From positions 65,542,713 to 65,606,712 of the forward strand of contig NC_068984.1 of the NCBI RefSeq assembly GCF_001194135.2: DNA of 64,000 nucleotides, written 5' to 3'. This DNA comes from Octopus bimaculoides (lineage: Eukaryota). A program made the position numbers and the translations under genes. Positions within the stretch are counted from its first letter, which is position 1, and the number at the start of each line of letters is the position of its first letter. Below the pieces are notes generated by a model. It ran no database searches. It saw only the letters and a program-made list of their open reading frames with translations, and was not told the origin of the DNA. This document shows, piece by piece, positions 1 through 11,949 of the stretch.

Positions 1-204
1 TTAAGGGCCTACGATCTATATTAAAATCACAATATATTGACAGAAAATTTCTGGATGACATTTAATATATATTTTATGGTATTTTGGAGAAACTTTGGAT
101 TTATAATATTGTTTATTATAAGTAGCAAAACAGAGAACATAGTTTACAGTACATGAAAAATACTTAGATTTAGATTTATGAATAGAGAAACACATACTTT
201 ATAG

Positions 205-308
205 ATGATGATGATGACGAGAAGGAGGAGAAGGAGGAGAAGAAGAAGAAAAAAGAAGAAGAAGAAAAAGAAGAAGAAGAAGAAGAAAAAGAAAAAGAAG
301 AAGAAGAA
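205..308. repeat. Compound trinucleotide microsatellite (GAT)n/(AGA,AGG)n
   Basis: Directly visible; it produces the spurious poly-M/R/K ORF 205..483. Confidence 0.95.
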
Positions 309-323
309 TTATGTTGGAATTAT

Positions 324-712
324 GTTGTTGTTGGCACTCCAACGCTTACGATGTCAAGGGTTCCAGTTGATCCAATCAACGGAACAGCCTGCTCGTGAAA
401 TTAACGTGCAAGTGGCCGAGCACTCCACAGACACATGTACCCTTAACGTAGTTCTCGGGGATATTCAGCATAACAGAGTGTGACAAGGCTGGCCCTTTGA
501 AATACAGGTACAACAGAAACAGGAAGGATGAGTGAGAGAAAGTTGTGGTGGAATAGTGCAGCAGGGTTCGCCACCATCCCCTGCCAGAGCCTCGTGGAGC
601 TTTAGGTGTTTTCGCTCAATAAACACTCACAACGCCTGATCTGGGAATCAAAAACGTGATCCAATGACCGCGAGTCCGCTGCCCTAACCACTGGGCCATT
701 GCGCCTCCACCA
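324..712 (-). mobile_element. Full-length tRNA-derived SINE (family A) with 10-bp TSD
   Basis: The minus-strand head GGAGGCGCAATGGCCCAGTGGTTAGGGCAGCGGACTCGCG contains A box TGGCCCAGTGG and a decayed B box (TTTTTGATTCC). It ends in an (AAC)n tail and is flanked by direct repeat TTGGAATTAT at 314-323 and 713-722. Confidence 0.85.
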
Positions 713-904
713 TTGGAATTATATACCAATAGAATATAAAAACAAAAGAGAAAAACATGCTGATTTTGCTTTATACAAGTGTTTGATTCTTCAAATAGAA
801 TGATGTAAATCTTAAGGACAATATCAGTCCCAAATAAAACAAAATGTCAACAATTGAGAACATACTTCAAGGCTTTCTAAACCCTCATTGCAATCATCTT
901 ATTT

Positions 905-1285
905 CTGTGTTAAGTAGCTTGCATACCAACCACATGGTTCCGGGTTCAGTCCCACTGCATGGCATCTTGGGCAAGTATCTTCTACTATAGCCTTGAGCCA
1001 ACCAAAGCCTTGTGAGTGGATTTGGTAGATGGAAACTGAAAGAATCCCGTCATATACATATATATATATATATTTATCTGTGCGTGTCTTGTCCTCCCAC
1101 CATCGCCTGACAACCAATGTTGGTGCACTTACAGTAATTTAGCAATTCAGCAAAAGAAACCAATAGAATAAGTACTAGGCTTACAAAAGAATAAGTCTGG
1201 GGGTCATTTTGTTTGACTAAAGGCAGTGCTCCAGCATGGCTGCAGTCAAATGACTGAAACAAATAAAAGAAAAAAAGAATAAAAA
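905..1285 (+). mobile_element. tRNA-derived SINE (family B, CORE-like motif), slightly 5'-truncated
   Basis: B box GGTTCAGTCCC, TTGGGCAAG core-like motif, internal (TA)n and A-rich tail. Colinear with the minus-strand copy at 11427-11840. Confidence 0.8.
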
Positions 1286-1294
1286 AATACATAT

Positions 1295-1452
1295 GTATAT
1301 GGAAAAAGGAGGTTGTCAAAATTTTGGATAATTCTTTACTAGCACATTTGTCTCTTTCATGGAGACTCCATTTGAGGATTTTCCATTTAAGATGAAGGTG
1401 CTAATAAAGAATTATCCAAAATTCTGACTACCTCTTTTTTCTTAATATACAA
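1295..1452. repeat. Foldback/MITE-like inverted repeat
   Basis: Arms 1303-1345 and 1398-1439 are reverse complements with about 5 mismatches, around a 52-bp spacer. Confidence 0.75.
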
Positions 1453-1461
1453 AATCTGTAC

Positions 1462-1675
1462 NNNNNNNNNNNNNNNNNNNNNNNNNNNNNNNNNNNNNNN
1501 NNNNNNNNNNNNNNNNNNNNNNNNNNNNNNNNNNNNNNNNNNNNNNNNNNNNNNNNNNNNNNNNNNNNNNNNNNNNNNNNNNNNNNNNNNNNNNNNNNNN
1601 NNNNNNNNNNNNNNNNNNNNNNNNNNNNNNNNNNNNNNNNNNNNNNNNNNNNNNNNNNNNNNNNNNNNNNNNNNN
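1462..1675. other. Assembly gap (214 N)
   Basis: Run of N. Confidence 1.
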
Positions 1676-1848
1676 AAGGCTTGTTTTGTTTGTGCTTTTC
1701 CCTCCGGTTTTTTGTTCTATGTGTGCCATAAATATCGCCATCCGTTTTAGAGAAAAATTTGTAGTTTAGAGTCAGTAGTTCTTTGACTGCTGTTTCTGAA
1801 TTTTCAGTATGTTGGAGAAGCAACTCAATTGCTAATCCCTTATATTTA

Positions 1849-1884
<36 letters not shown>

Positions 1885-4229
1885 CATAATACACACATAT
1901 GCATAAACAATTACACACACGTTCGACTCCATCAGTTTATTTATAATGTATTCTCCCTAGTAGTCCATCCTTCATAAATTCTTATCATGAAATTTCAGTA
2001 TTTATTGCAAGTAATACCATCAAATTGATATCTTGATTTGTTGAGTGGCTTGATATCACTCGTTAAGGTACCTTATCACACAATTTGCAAATTATTGTAA
2101 AGAGAAGACATGCTAGTTAAATATTAAGCAAACAACACTGGCTTTTCAACCCCAAGCTGGATAATTCAAAATCTAATACATAATACAAACTAAAGCACTA
2201 TTCAGTAATAATTCAGAAACACACAAACTAAAGCACTGTTTTCCAATATATAATAACACAGAATATAAGAACAGTTGAAATGTTCTTGCTACTTAAATAA
2301 CTAACATTGTTTAATATCAGTTTGATGCAGCTATGTAGTAATTATTTTCTCAATTACTGTACTTGCTTCTGTGAGTCATTTATTTTACTTCAGTGTATCT
2401 TTCTTCAGCTATTTGTTCCTTAAGATAATCTATCAAAACCAGCATGAGTTGTTGCTGTAAGTCAATAATAAAATTTTGAGCTAGCATAGAATATAGTTAA
2501 CAATAAAATATCAACTATGATTTTTAAATTGCCAGCTGAATGACATTTTGTCATTTACTTTCTCATTACAGATTTATAATAGTGAGCACAGAACTTGTTG
2601 ATATAGAAAATTTGGTTCTCAACTTTGATTCTAAAAACAATATGTAGAGTGATTTTTTGTACAGAGATCAAATACAAACTGCTAATACAATCCAAATGAT
2701 ACATTAGCTACGGAGTCATGTAAAGCTACAATTAGCATCAATGAATCTTAACTTGTTTAGCTAGTATAGTTCTTATTCACATATCCCTACTTAAAGCAAC
2801 CCATTTTATGTTATTTTACTGCTGTTTACTCAAGGCTGAAACATTACTGAGATAATGTTTGACAGAAACTTCAATTTGTTTTTTCCAAATGGTGCCTTGA
2901 TTTCTCATTTTGATTCTATAACATGACTATTGAAATGTCTCATTAGTTGTAAATATACAACTAGAAATACTGACTTTTAAGAAGGATTTTCTAACATTTC
3001 AACACCTGATTAACGAAGAGTAAAGAGAAGGAGATTTCTCATTTGTTCTAATACTGATCTTTCTTTATTTGTTTCTAATCTTATTGAAAACTTATACTCT
3101 GATTTTACTTTGATGGAGCTAGTGTATATACCGAAAGTGGATGGCACAATTATTAATGAATTTTTATGCCAAACTATAAAGTAATATATAACAGTTAATG
3201 TTACCATAATACTACAGTTGTTAATTCTTAAAATGTAATCTTTCATATTAAGTTTTTAATATTATTTTTTACCATGGAAGTTGATACTACAATTAAGTTT
3301 TAGTTCTCAGCAGTAGTAATCAATCTTCACTAATACCAAAACTGCTCTTTTAAAAAGCATAAGCAATACAAATACCTATTACTTTTTCATAGAATATAGC
3401 TTTTTTTTCTCTCTTTTTAAGAAATAATTATCAAATTTATATGCAACCTAAAAGCAGCATGTATAAACATTGCTGAGGGTAGACAACATAACTGCTAACA
3501 ATTACCTCACACACACACATGAACAAAGTGACTTACAAAAGAGAAAATCAAAACAAGTTATCTTATATGTACAATAAAAAAGAGCGGACACTCACAAAAA
3601 GGCAGCAATAACATTTTGAAAATAGTTGAATTTTTTTTTTTTTGGTTAGTGCTGCAGAGGAAGTCCTATGATTTAACCAAAGGGTCTGATTATTCAGCAA
3701 AGTTCAATATATGTTTATTATATTTATGTTTCTTCAATCTCACTTTGCCAGAGCTGTAGATCAGTGATAAACTTAGTGTTGTAGTTGTACAGCTTAACTT
3801 CACTTACATTTTTTTGAGAAGACATAGTCAAAATGTCTTGAAGAATCAAGCTGGCTATTTACACACTGCAACAAAGTCTTCAATCATGATTTCTTTTTCT
3901 AAAGAAATAAATATCTCCAAAAATGCAAAAATTAAACAGTGAACAACTTATGTGCCCAGAAAGTTACTGTGACTAAAGAGAAAATTGATTAAGCTATCAA
4001 CTGTAGTGTACATGTTTGAGATAATGCAGTTAAGATTCTATACATTCAACATGATAGCCAACAAAGCAGCCACTCCATGGAAATGACACATGTTCTTAAC
4101 TCAATGCTATTTTAACTTTTATTTAGTATTTTAATATTCAGAATATCAAGAATATTCATTCCCTGAAATATTCCTAGACAACAAACAATTTTGCTTGGAC
4201 TTTTATTTTCAGTGGCTTTCCTATATATA

Positions 4230-5514
4230 CAGAGGTTGGACAAAATAATGGAAATACCTAGCATCATAGCATCATAATTTCGAAATATCTATAAAACCGT
4301 CAAAAGCTTGTTTATTTTTATGTGTTTTGATTTATTATTAGTGTTGTTTAATGTGTTTTGCTAAGATTGCTGTTTCGTTTCAAATATCATCAGAAAAAAG
4401 GTAATTAAAATTCATTAAAATGACGGATCTATCGGACTCTCAAAGAGGTTAAATTATTGGTGCTCGTATGGCAGGTGTTAGCATAACAAAAACAGCTGAA
4501 ATCTATCAAGAAGTACTGTTTCAAAAGTAATGACAGCCTTTGAGAAAGAAGGAAAAACCTCCTCATCAAAACAAAACTCTGGAAGAAAACCAAAATTTTC
4601 AGATAGGGACCGTCGGACTCTTACACATATTGTTAGAAAGGATCACAAAAGTACAGCTCCCAAAATGACTGCAGAGTTTAATGACCACCTCAAGAACCCA
4701 GTTTCAACAACAACTGTTCACCGGGAGCTGCACAAAGCTGGATTTCATGGGAGGGCTACAATCAGAAAACCACTACTTTCAAAAACAAACGTTGCGAAGT
4801 GTTTAGAGTGGAGTAAAAACCTACAGAATTGGTCCCTAGAGCAGTGGAAGGATGTTATTTTCTCAGACGAGTCATCCTTTACCATATTTCCAACCACCGG
4901 CCAAGTATACATGTGGAGACAGCCAAAAGTAACATTTGACCCAGACTGCCTTCTTCCAAATGTTAAACATGGAGGAGGATCTGTGATAATCTGGGGGGAG
5001 GGGCGGATCTATATCTCGGAAATCCGCAGGCCAAATGGTTTCCCTTCATAGTAGAATTAATAGTCAAGACTATTTAAGCATTTTATCTGATCAAATTCAT
5101 CCTATAGTTTCACAACTGTTCCTGGAGGGAAACGTAATCTTTCAGGATGATAATGCACCAATTCATACAGCTAAAGTTGTTACTGAATGGCACGAGGAAC
5201 ATTCTAGTGAAGTTGAACATCTTATCTGGCCATCAGAGTCCCCAGATCTCAGTATTATTAAACATTTACGGTGTATTTTAGAAAAACATGTAAGGAGTCA
5301 ATATCCTCCGCCATCATCACTACAAAAACTGGAGAATATTTCAGCTGAAGAATGGACAAAAATGCCTTTGGAAACAATTCAAACTTTGTAGAAGCCCATA
5401 CCTCATAGAATTATTGAATTCAAGCTGTAATTACTGCCAAAGGCGATCCTACCCCATATTAAAATAAATTTGTTTGAAATTTTAGGGTGTTTCCATTATT
5501 TTGTCCAACCCTTG
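4230..5514 (+). mobile_element. Tc1-like DNA transposon, near full length (about 1.28 kb), DD36E spacing
   Basis: TA precedes the left TIR CAGAGGTTGGACAAAATAATGGAAATACCT (4230). The right TIR is AGGGTGTTTCCATTATTTTGTCCAACCCTTG (5484-5514). An internal transposase relic is present. Confidence 0.92.
4420..5391 (+). pseudogene. Tc1-family transposase pseudogene
   Basis: ATG at 4420 (MTDLSDSQRG*IIGARMAG), followed by motifs SGRKPK, VIFSDESSF, FQDDNAPIH and WPSESPDLSIIKH. It has an in-frame stop, at least two frameshifts, and the catalytic E read as K. Confidence 0.9.
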
Positions 5515-5543
5515 AGTGTGTGTGTGGGGGGGGTATATATATA

Positions 5544-6820
5544 TTAAGTCATCCTATAAATAATGTGGCTATTTCAATTGCATGAACTAAAAGTTGGAAG
5601 GGGATGGGATAAACTACCTGCATCAACTTGCTATAAAAGCAGGAGGTAATTTTACCTTGTCCTTATTTCTAGTGAAAGTTTTGAAAACTGCAGTTCAATT
5701 TCAACAGTTATTTTTTCAAAGCTAGAATGGAAGTGACAAAGTAGTATATTTGGCATATTTTGCTTTGAGTTCAATAAAGGCAACTATGCAACAAAAAGTG
5801 CAAGGAATATTAATGCAGTATATGGCGATTGGAGAATAAGAGTAAGCCAGTATCAACGGTAATTCCAGAAATTCCAAGCTAGAAACTACAGGCTAGAAGA
5901 CAAGCCTTGTTCTGGAAGATCTGTAGAGTTCAATGAGGATGTCCTGCAAACCCTGGAGGAACAAAATCCCATCGTAACTATTTAGGAACTAGCAGAGAAG
6001 CTTGGATTTGGTCATTCAACCATTCATCAACACCTGTGTGCCATCAGAAAAGTTAGCAAATGAAGTCAGTAGGTTCCTCACAAATTTTCCGAGTCCAATC
6101 ATGTGCAGAGAGTAAATGTATGCTTTCTTTTGCTGCCACGTTTCATGAACAAACATTTACTGTGCTGAATAGTGACTGATGATGAGAAATGGGTTTTCTA
6201 TAAAAATGTCAAGCACCAAAGACAGTGGGTAGGGAAAGGAGAAACACCAGCACCCCAGGCTAAGGAAGGTCTTTATCCACATAAGATGTTATCTGTTTGG
6301 TGGGATATGAAAGGTTTAGTCCACTTTGAACTTTTAAACCCAAGCCAAACGATAACAAAGGAGATCTACCGCAATCAGCTTGTGTGTCTTAAGTCAGCAC
6401 TAGAAGAAAAATGACCATCTTTGGTTTCAAGACGAAAGGTATTCTTCCATCAGGATAATGCTTGGCCACAAACAGCAAGGATGACATTCTAAAGGCTGGA
6501 GCAATTTGAATGGGCAACGATGCCCCACCCATCATATTTGCTAGTCATTGCCCCATCTGATTATCATTTATTCCACACTCTTCAAAATCATTTGGAAGGA
6601 AAAAATATGAATTCTGTAGACAAGGTCAGAACAGTATTGGAGGAGTAATTTTTCATCACGGACAAGTGAATTTTGGAAGAGGGGTCTTGCAAGTCTACCA
6701 GATAGATGGAAAAGCATTGTAGAAAATGAAGGAGAGTATATTTTAGATTTGAAAAGAACTTTGTTTGTCTTAATTTTAAAAAATAGAAGTATAAAAAACT
6801 ACATTATTTATGGAATGACT
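5544..6820 (+). mobile_element. Mariner (DD34D) DNA transposon, full length, decayed
   Basis: TA precedes the left TIR TTAAGTCATCCTATAAATAATGTGGC (5544). The right TIR ACTACATTATTTATGGAATGACT ends at 6820, with its last few bases lost. Confidence 0.88.
5727..6786 (+). pseudogene. Mariner transposase pseudogene
   Basis: Motifs LEDKPCSGRS, *VPH (WVPH), IVTDDEKWVFY, SVWWDMKG, HQDNAWPQ and IAPSDYHLF, with 34 residues between the last two D. Many stops and frameshifts. Confidence 0.9.
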
Positions 6821-9559
6821 GGGCAAGGCTATATCTTTTCCTTTGGTAGGGAGGAAGACTGCTGAAGATAACCAACCTAATTCGGCACTGATATCATGGC
6901 AGGCATTGTTGTTATAATACAAGAAGCCAGAACAGATAATGCAAAGCATCTTGTCTAAAACTCTAACAGTTCTGCTCATCTACCACTGTAGATTGGTACT
7001 CTTTAATCTACTCCAAAAGGATAAAAAGCAAACTTGACCAAGGTCAGATTTGAACTCAGGTACAGGCAGTTAAAAGAAATTGTGTGAGACATACTATCGA
7101 AGCTGTAAAATTGCTGTCAATTCATTACTGGCTTTCCTATAATATTTGAAATATTTGAGTCGTATTTTATCGCTTAGTAGACAGTGCTAAATATATTGTA
7201 TCTAATCTCATGTAACTAAATCTCTCATATCTGATCCTGAAGGTCATTACATTATTTTATTATGAAGTAAATAAATAGGTTTCCAAAAATTAGTAACTAA
7301 TTGGCTTACGTCTACCAGCTGATAAGAAATGGTTGTTATTAGCAATAGCATATAAAATTAATTACAAATTTTCTCTTTATAACAATCCATCAAACCACTG
7401 AAAATCACATTATTGTTATTAATTTCTACTACTCGTTTTACTTTTTTATCTTCAATTATAATTCTGGTTTGAATGAAAGAAGAACTATATTTTTTTTATT
7501 TTCTATAATTGTAAATTTTATCATAGCTAAATTAGTAACCATACATGTCAAAAATTAAATCAAGTAAAAAGAAAAAAACACTACTTTTTATTTATTTGTT
7601 GTTACATAATGTTTTATGCTAACCATTTTTCAATGAAGATAACCTAAAATTTGAAATATAAGAGCAATTCACTTATTATATTGACTATATAATAAACTTA
7701 TCAGGGGTTTAGCATATAAATTTCTGACATGAAGTTTGTGGAACTAAGCTAATATCAAAGACACCACATAATCAACAAAATATTTCCAATATTTACCTTT
7801 GTGGTTTTACAATATTTCAGAAGAAAGCGATGAACAGTTCATTACTTCTGATAAAATACAATGGTTATTCTATATACTGAAAACTAAAAGTGCAAGTAGA
7901 CTTTCATAGTAATAAAATGATACCAAATAATAGACTTGCTTCATACAGAACATGATTAATTAAAACCAGAAGCTTAATCAATATTATATCAAAAGCTGAT
8001 TAGAATAATACTTCAGCATGTATATTATAATTGTTCAAAGAAATATGATTTAAAATCCATTTTAGAAAAATATTCTTTTAAGTTTCCACAGTCAGATTTT
8101 CTCAAGAATCAATAATTTTCTAATTAAATATTAAATCAAAGTAACCTAAAAATAATAAACATTCTATTAAAATCCATCAGAAGCCATTGAAATTTCTTTT
8201 TTAGATTTGAATATCTCTAATTTCTATCATTTAATCACCATCCAGTAGAATTTATCAGTTAAGTGCCAGCTCCATTCTTTTAAGTGAAAATTTACTAAGA
8301 ATCATATCACTCTACTTTCCACTGTTGTATTAATTGGGCTGTGTGAGAAATTGTGTTAAACCAAAACATAATAACGATACTTTATTCTGTCTGTGTAATT
8401 AAAACACATTTTCTTTTTAAAACAAGTAATATTTATAAAATAAAGCAGCAATTTTTTCCTTATTTTTAGAATTAAATCCTATAAGATTTTCTTTTAAAAT
8501 GCTTACAACACTTTTTAAATATAATTGCATTCAAAAACCAGCTATGTAAGACTGCTTCAAGCTTTTAGAATTTATTACTGTTTCTGGAATTTATATATTT
8601 AATATAAATAAAATATTTTGTACTTTACTAATGATATTTTTACTACATACATTATTAATTATAACCATTTTCAGATTCAAATTATTCATTTTTGCATCTA
8701 AGTAACCTAAAAGTTTTTAAACTACATTTAAGTACTTTGATGTATTTATAGGATATATTAAAAAGCATGTATTTCATTTCGCACATTTTTCATTCTTGAT
8801 ATACTCTTTTCCTTTTACTCAGCATATCTTTTTTATTTTTCCTTAACAAGTATTATATATTTAATCTAAATAAACTTTATAAGTATAAGAAAAATGTTTT
8901 GATAGGGATAATGATGAAAATAATACAGCCTTCTGTAATTTAACATCATTTTTTAAAAATTATCAAACTTTATTTTTGTTTAATAAAATCAATGCTAAAA
9001 ATTTATTTAGTATAAAATTTGAAACTTATAATTTATTTTCATTCATCAACATAAAATAAGTAATATATTTAACTTTTCTATAAGATTTTGGTAATGTCTT
9101 GTAAAATTATCATCCATTCTAAGGTTGTTTTAGAAATTAAAAAAAAAATACCTGAGATTCTTATCTTATTATTAAATGAATACAATTCAGAATAATGTCA
9201 ATTTGTATCAGTGCAAATATTTCTTTTCTTTGTGTTTCTATGAACACTGTTTATCTGTACTTCCTTCCCTCTGACTGTATATCTTAAAATATAGAAAAAC
9301 CAATTGCCATTGGTGCTTACATTTCGATGTTGGAGACAAAGATAAGAAATAGCATCCATTGATATTATTAGATTGAAAGAATCTTTCTTTAAGATGTTGT
9401 TTTTTACTTCTCAATTTAATTTAATTTATATTTTTTTTATTAGATTAAAATAGGTTTTTGATAAAATAAGATGACAATGGATATAGCTTTAGGGGATTTT
9501 CCAAAGTTTTGATATTAAACCATATCCTAAATCAGAAAAGTTCATATATTGTTTATATG

Positions 9560-10170
9560 TTTGGCATGTGTGTTTGGTAAATGCAACAAAATATTCACAT
9601 AAATAGGAATGTTACAGACAACATCATTTAACCATCATTATATTCAGTTCTGCAAGTACATATATCCTGAGCAGTATTTTATACAGTAAATCTTTCTTTT
9701 AATACTGTTTTCTGAATTATTGTTTACGAAACACCAGTATCTTAAACATTTAAACATCATCTTTTCCATTTTGGCATGAAGTAAACAGTTAAAAATGGCT
9801 TTTTTCCAGCTTTCTGTCTTGATCATGTCTTCTGATAATATAAATCGTTTTCCTTTAGGTCAATCCTAACTATCATCCTTCCACGCTTTAATTAGTAAAT
9901 GTCCAATGTGCAAGTTTGAAATCTTTTATCTGACTTTCAAATCTCATGATTCAGCTATGTTTTTACTAACAAAAGATTGTTGGGTCAATGAAAGAGTTTC
10001 TATGAGACTGATCTATTTGCTAGAAATAGCACTCAAATCTCCCTACCTTTCTACAAGATAGAAAACACTTTGGATAAGTAACTCTAGATATACAAACACA
10101 GAACAGATGGCAGTGATCATTCTTCTATTCTTCATCATAAATGTTCACATCTATGGTGGTCTATGCTTTC
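9560..10170 (-). mobile_element. Highly decayed non-LTR RT relic, L1/Tx1-like
   Basis: One minus frame reads ...VFVYLELLIQSV...GDLSAISSK...NLHIGHLL...MEKMMFKCLRYW...SIKRKIYCIKYCSGYMYLQN. This resembles L1/Tx1 RT domains 4-7 and the C-terminal KIKRK..LP..GGLGL block. Pattern recognition only. Confidence 0.4.
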
Positions 10171-10491
10171 AATTTCAACCATGTTCACTCCAAATTATTA
10201 TTAAAAAATTAAACATTTGTAAGTTCTTGAATTTTAGTATTTGCTTCCAAATCAAAGATTCTTGTGTAATATAACCAAACTTTCTGTTTTTTCTTTTAGA
10301 TCAAATTAGCACGTATTTAGTTAATTATTTTGGATTTAAGCTGCATAATTAGTATTGATATTTAATGCTGATTGACATAAATATGCTTAATATTTTAATG
10401 AATCAAGATTTTAACCGATGTGGGTAACAGTTTATAGTTACTTTACCTCCTGAATATAGCAGCAAATCACTCTGGGAACTACCTAGCAGCA

Positions 10492-10702
10492 TTAACCCTT
10501 TTGATGCCAACCTGCCTGAAACTGCCCTGTGCTTCTTTGATACAAACTTCCTGTTTTAAAGTGATCTAAATTTAGACATTTTGTCAAAATTCCATGTTGA
10601 TTCATGTTCCAGTCAACAGTTATATAAGTAAATTCCATTATTTTTAAATAATTGAAGAGAAGAGAACATATTTCAACAGAAATACGGTTACAAAATATTT
10701 AA
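10492..10702. mobile_element. TTAA-type (piggyBac-like) MITE, decayed right end
   Basis: Begins TTAACCCTTT and is colinear with the copy at 26490-26717. Confidence 0.55.
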
Positions 10703-10739
10703 AATATGGATGACTGTTTAAATCCTACGAATTTAGGAC

Positions 10740-10925
10740 AAGGCACTTGTAACTAAAACAGTAATATACTAAACTTCGAAGCCACCAGAAGAGAAAAGGA
10801 AAAAATGAAATGACAGAAGAAAAAGGCTCAATAAAATCAACCTCATCCTCCACCGCCAATACCATGCAGTCGATGCCATCAACTCTTCTATGCAAGAATT
10901 AGTCTACAGAGTCAGTAAAGAAATC
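10740..10925 (+). mobile_element. RTE LINE C-terminal fragment
   Basis: Translates CSRCHQLFYARISLQSQ, matching the RTE C-terminal CxxCxRxFxARIGLxSH motif. Confidence 0.5.
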
Positions 10926-11320
10926 ACCATAAAGGAAGCATTCAGCAAAAACGAAAAATAAATTCTTGGATAGGAGATAAAGTTGAAGTCATATCACTTT
11001 ATATCATATTAATATTACCCAGCAACACTGACTAAAATTTGGGAGTGGAGAACATCAGTGGCATCAGATGGTTAACACTAACTTTGCAGTAACTAATACT
11101 TGATTTATAAAACAATTTTTTTCCATTTTCAGATTTATTCTATTTTCTGCAGTGATTATAAAGCATCCAGACAGTTGCTATCTTTTGCTTAATAATCGTA
11201 ATTTCTTCTAATCACGATTTCTAAATTTTTAGTCAGTTCCAAATTTTACTTAGTACCTTCTGTGGTCATGTACACTTACATTATCAGAATAATATTGAAC
11301 AACATATCTAATTAAGGTCT

Positions 11321-11949
11321 TTAACCCATTAGTATTCAAATTACTGTCAAATGTTGTGTTTATTTATTCATATTGTTTTAACTTAATCATGCATTATCTC
11401 ATAACTTCAAGATTTTGATGATGTGATTACTCTTTTACTCTTTTACTTGTTTCAGTCATTTGACTGCGGCCATGCTGGAGCACCGCCTTTAGTCGAGCAA
11501 ATCGACCCCAGGACTTATTCTTTGGATGCCTAGTACTTATTCTATCGGTCTCTTTTGCCGAACTGCTAAGTTACGGGGACCTAAACACACCACCATCGGT
11601 TGTCAAGCGATGTTGGGGGGACAAACACAGACACAAAAACATATGTACACATATACATATATATATATACATATATACGACAGGCTTCTTTCAGTTTCTG
11701 TCTACCAAATCCACTCACAAGGCTTTGGTCAGCCCGAGGCTATAGTAGAAGACACTTACCCAAGGTGCCATGCAGTGGGAATGAACCCAGAACCATGTGG
11801 TTCGTAAGCAAGCTACTTACCACACAGCCACTCCTGCACCTTACTTTTAAAATAGCTTTGCAAAGCAGGTGTGAGATCTGAATGGTTTGAGAATAGAAAA
11901 GGTAGAATATGTGAGCTGGATATGGCCAGTTTGAATGCTAAATGATTAA
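11321..11949. mobile_element. TTAA-type MITE interrupted by a SINE
   Basis: Ends are TTAACCCATTAGTATTCAAA and TTTGAATGCTAAATGATTAA. An uninterrupted homologue is at 46811-47037. Confidence 0.7.
11427..11840 (-). mobile_element. Full-length tRNA-derived SINE (family B)
   Basis: Minus-strand head GGTGCAGGAGTGGCTGTGTGGTAAG, B box GGTTCATTCCC, and (GAGTAAAA)n tail. Homologous to 905-1285. Confidence 0.85.

Noticed and set aside
640-712. tRNA gene
   Set aside because: It is a SINE head with a degenerate B box, no complete cloverleaf, and continuation into the SINE body.
9870-9915. HIGH motif (LHIGH) of a class I aminoacyl-tRNA synthetase
   Set aside because: Flanked by in-frame stops with no synthetase context; the surrounding frame fits a decayed LINE RT.
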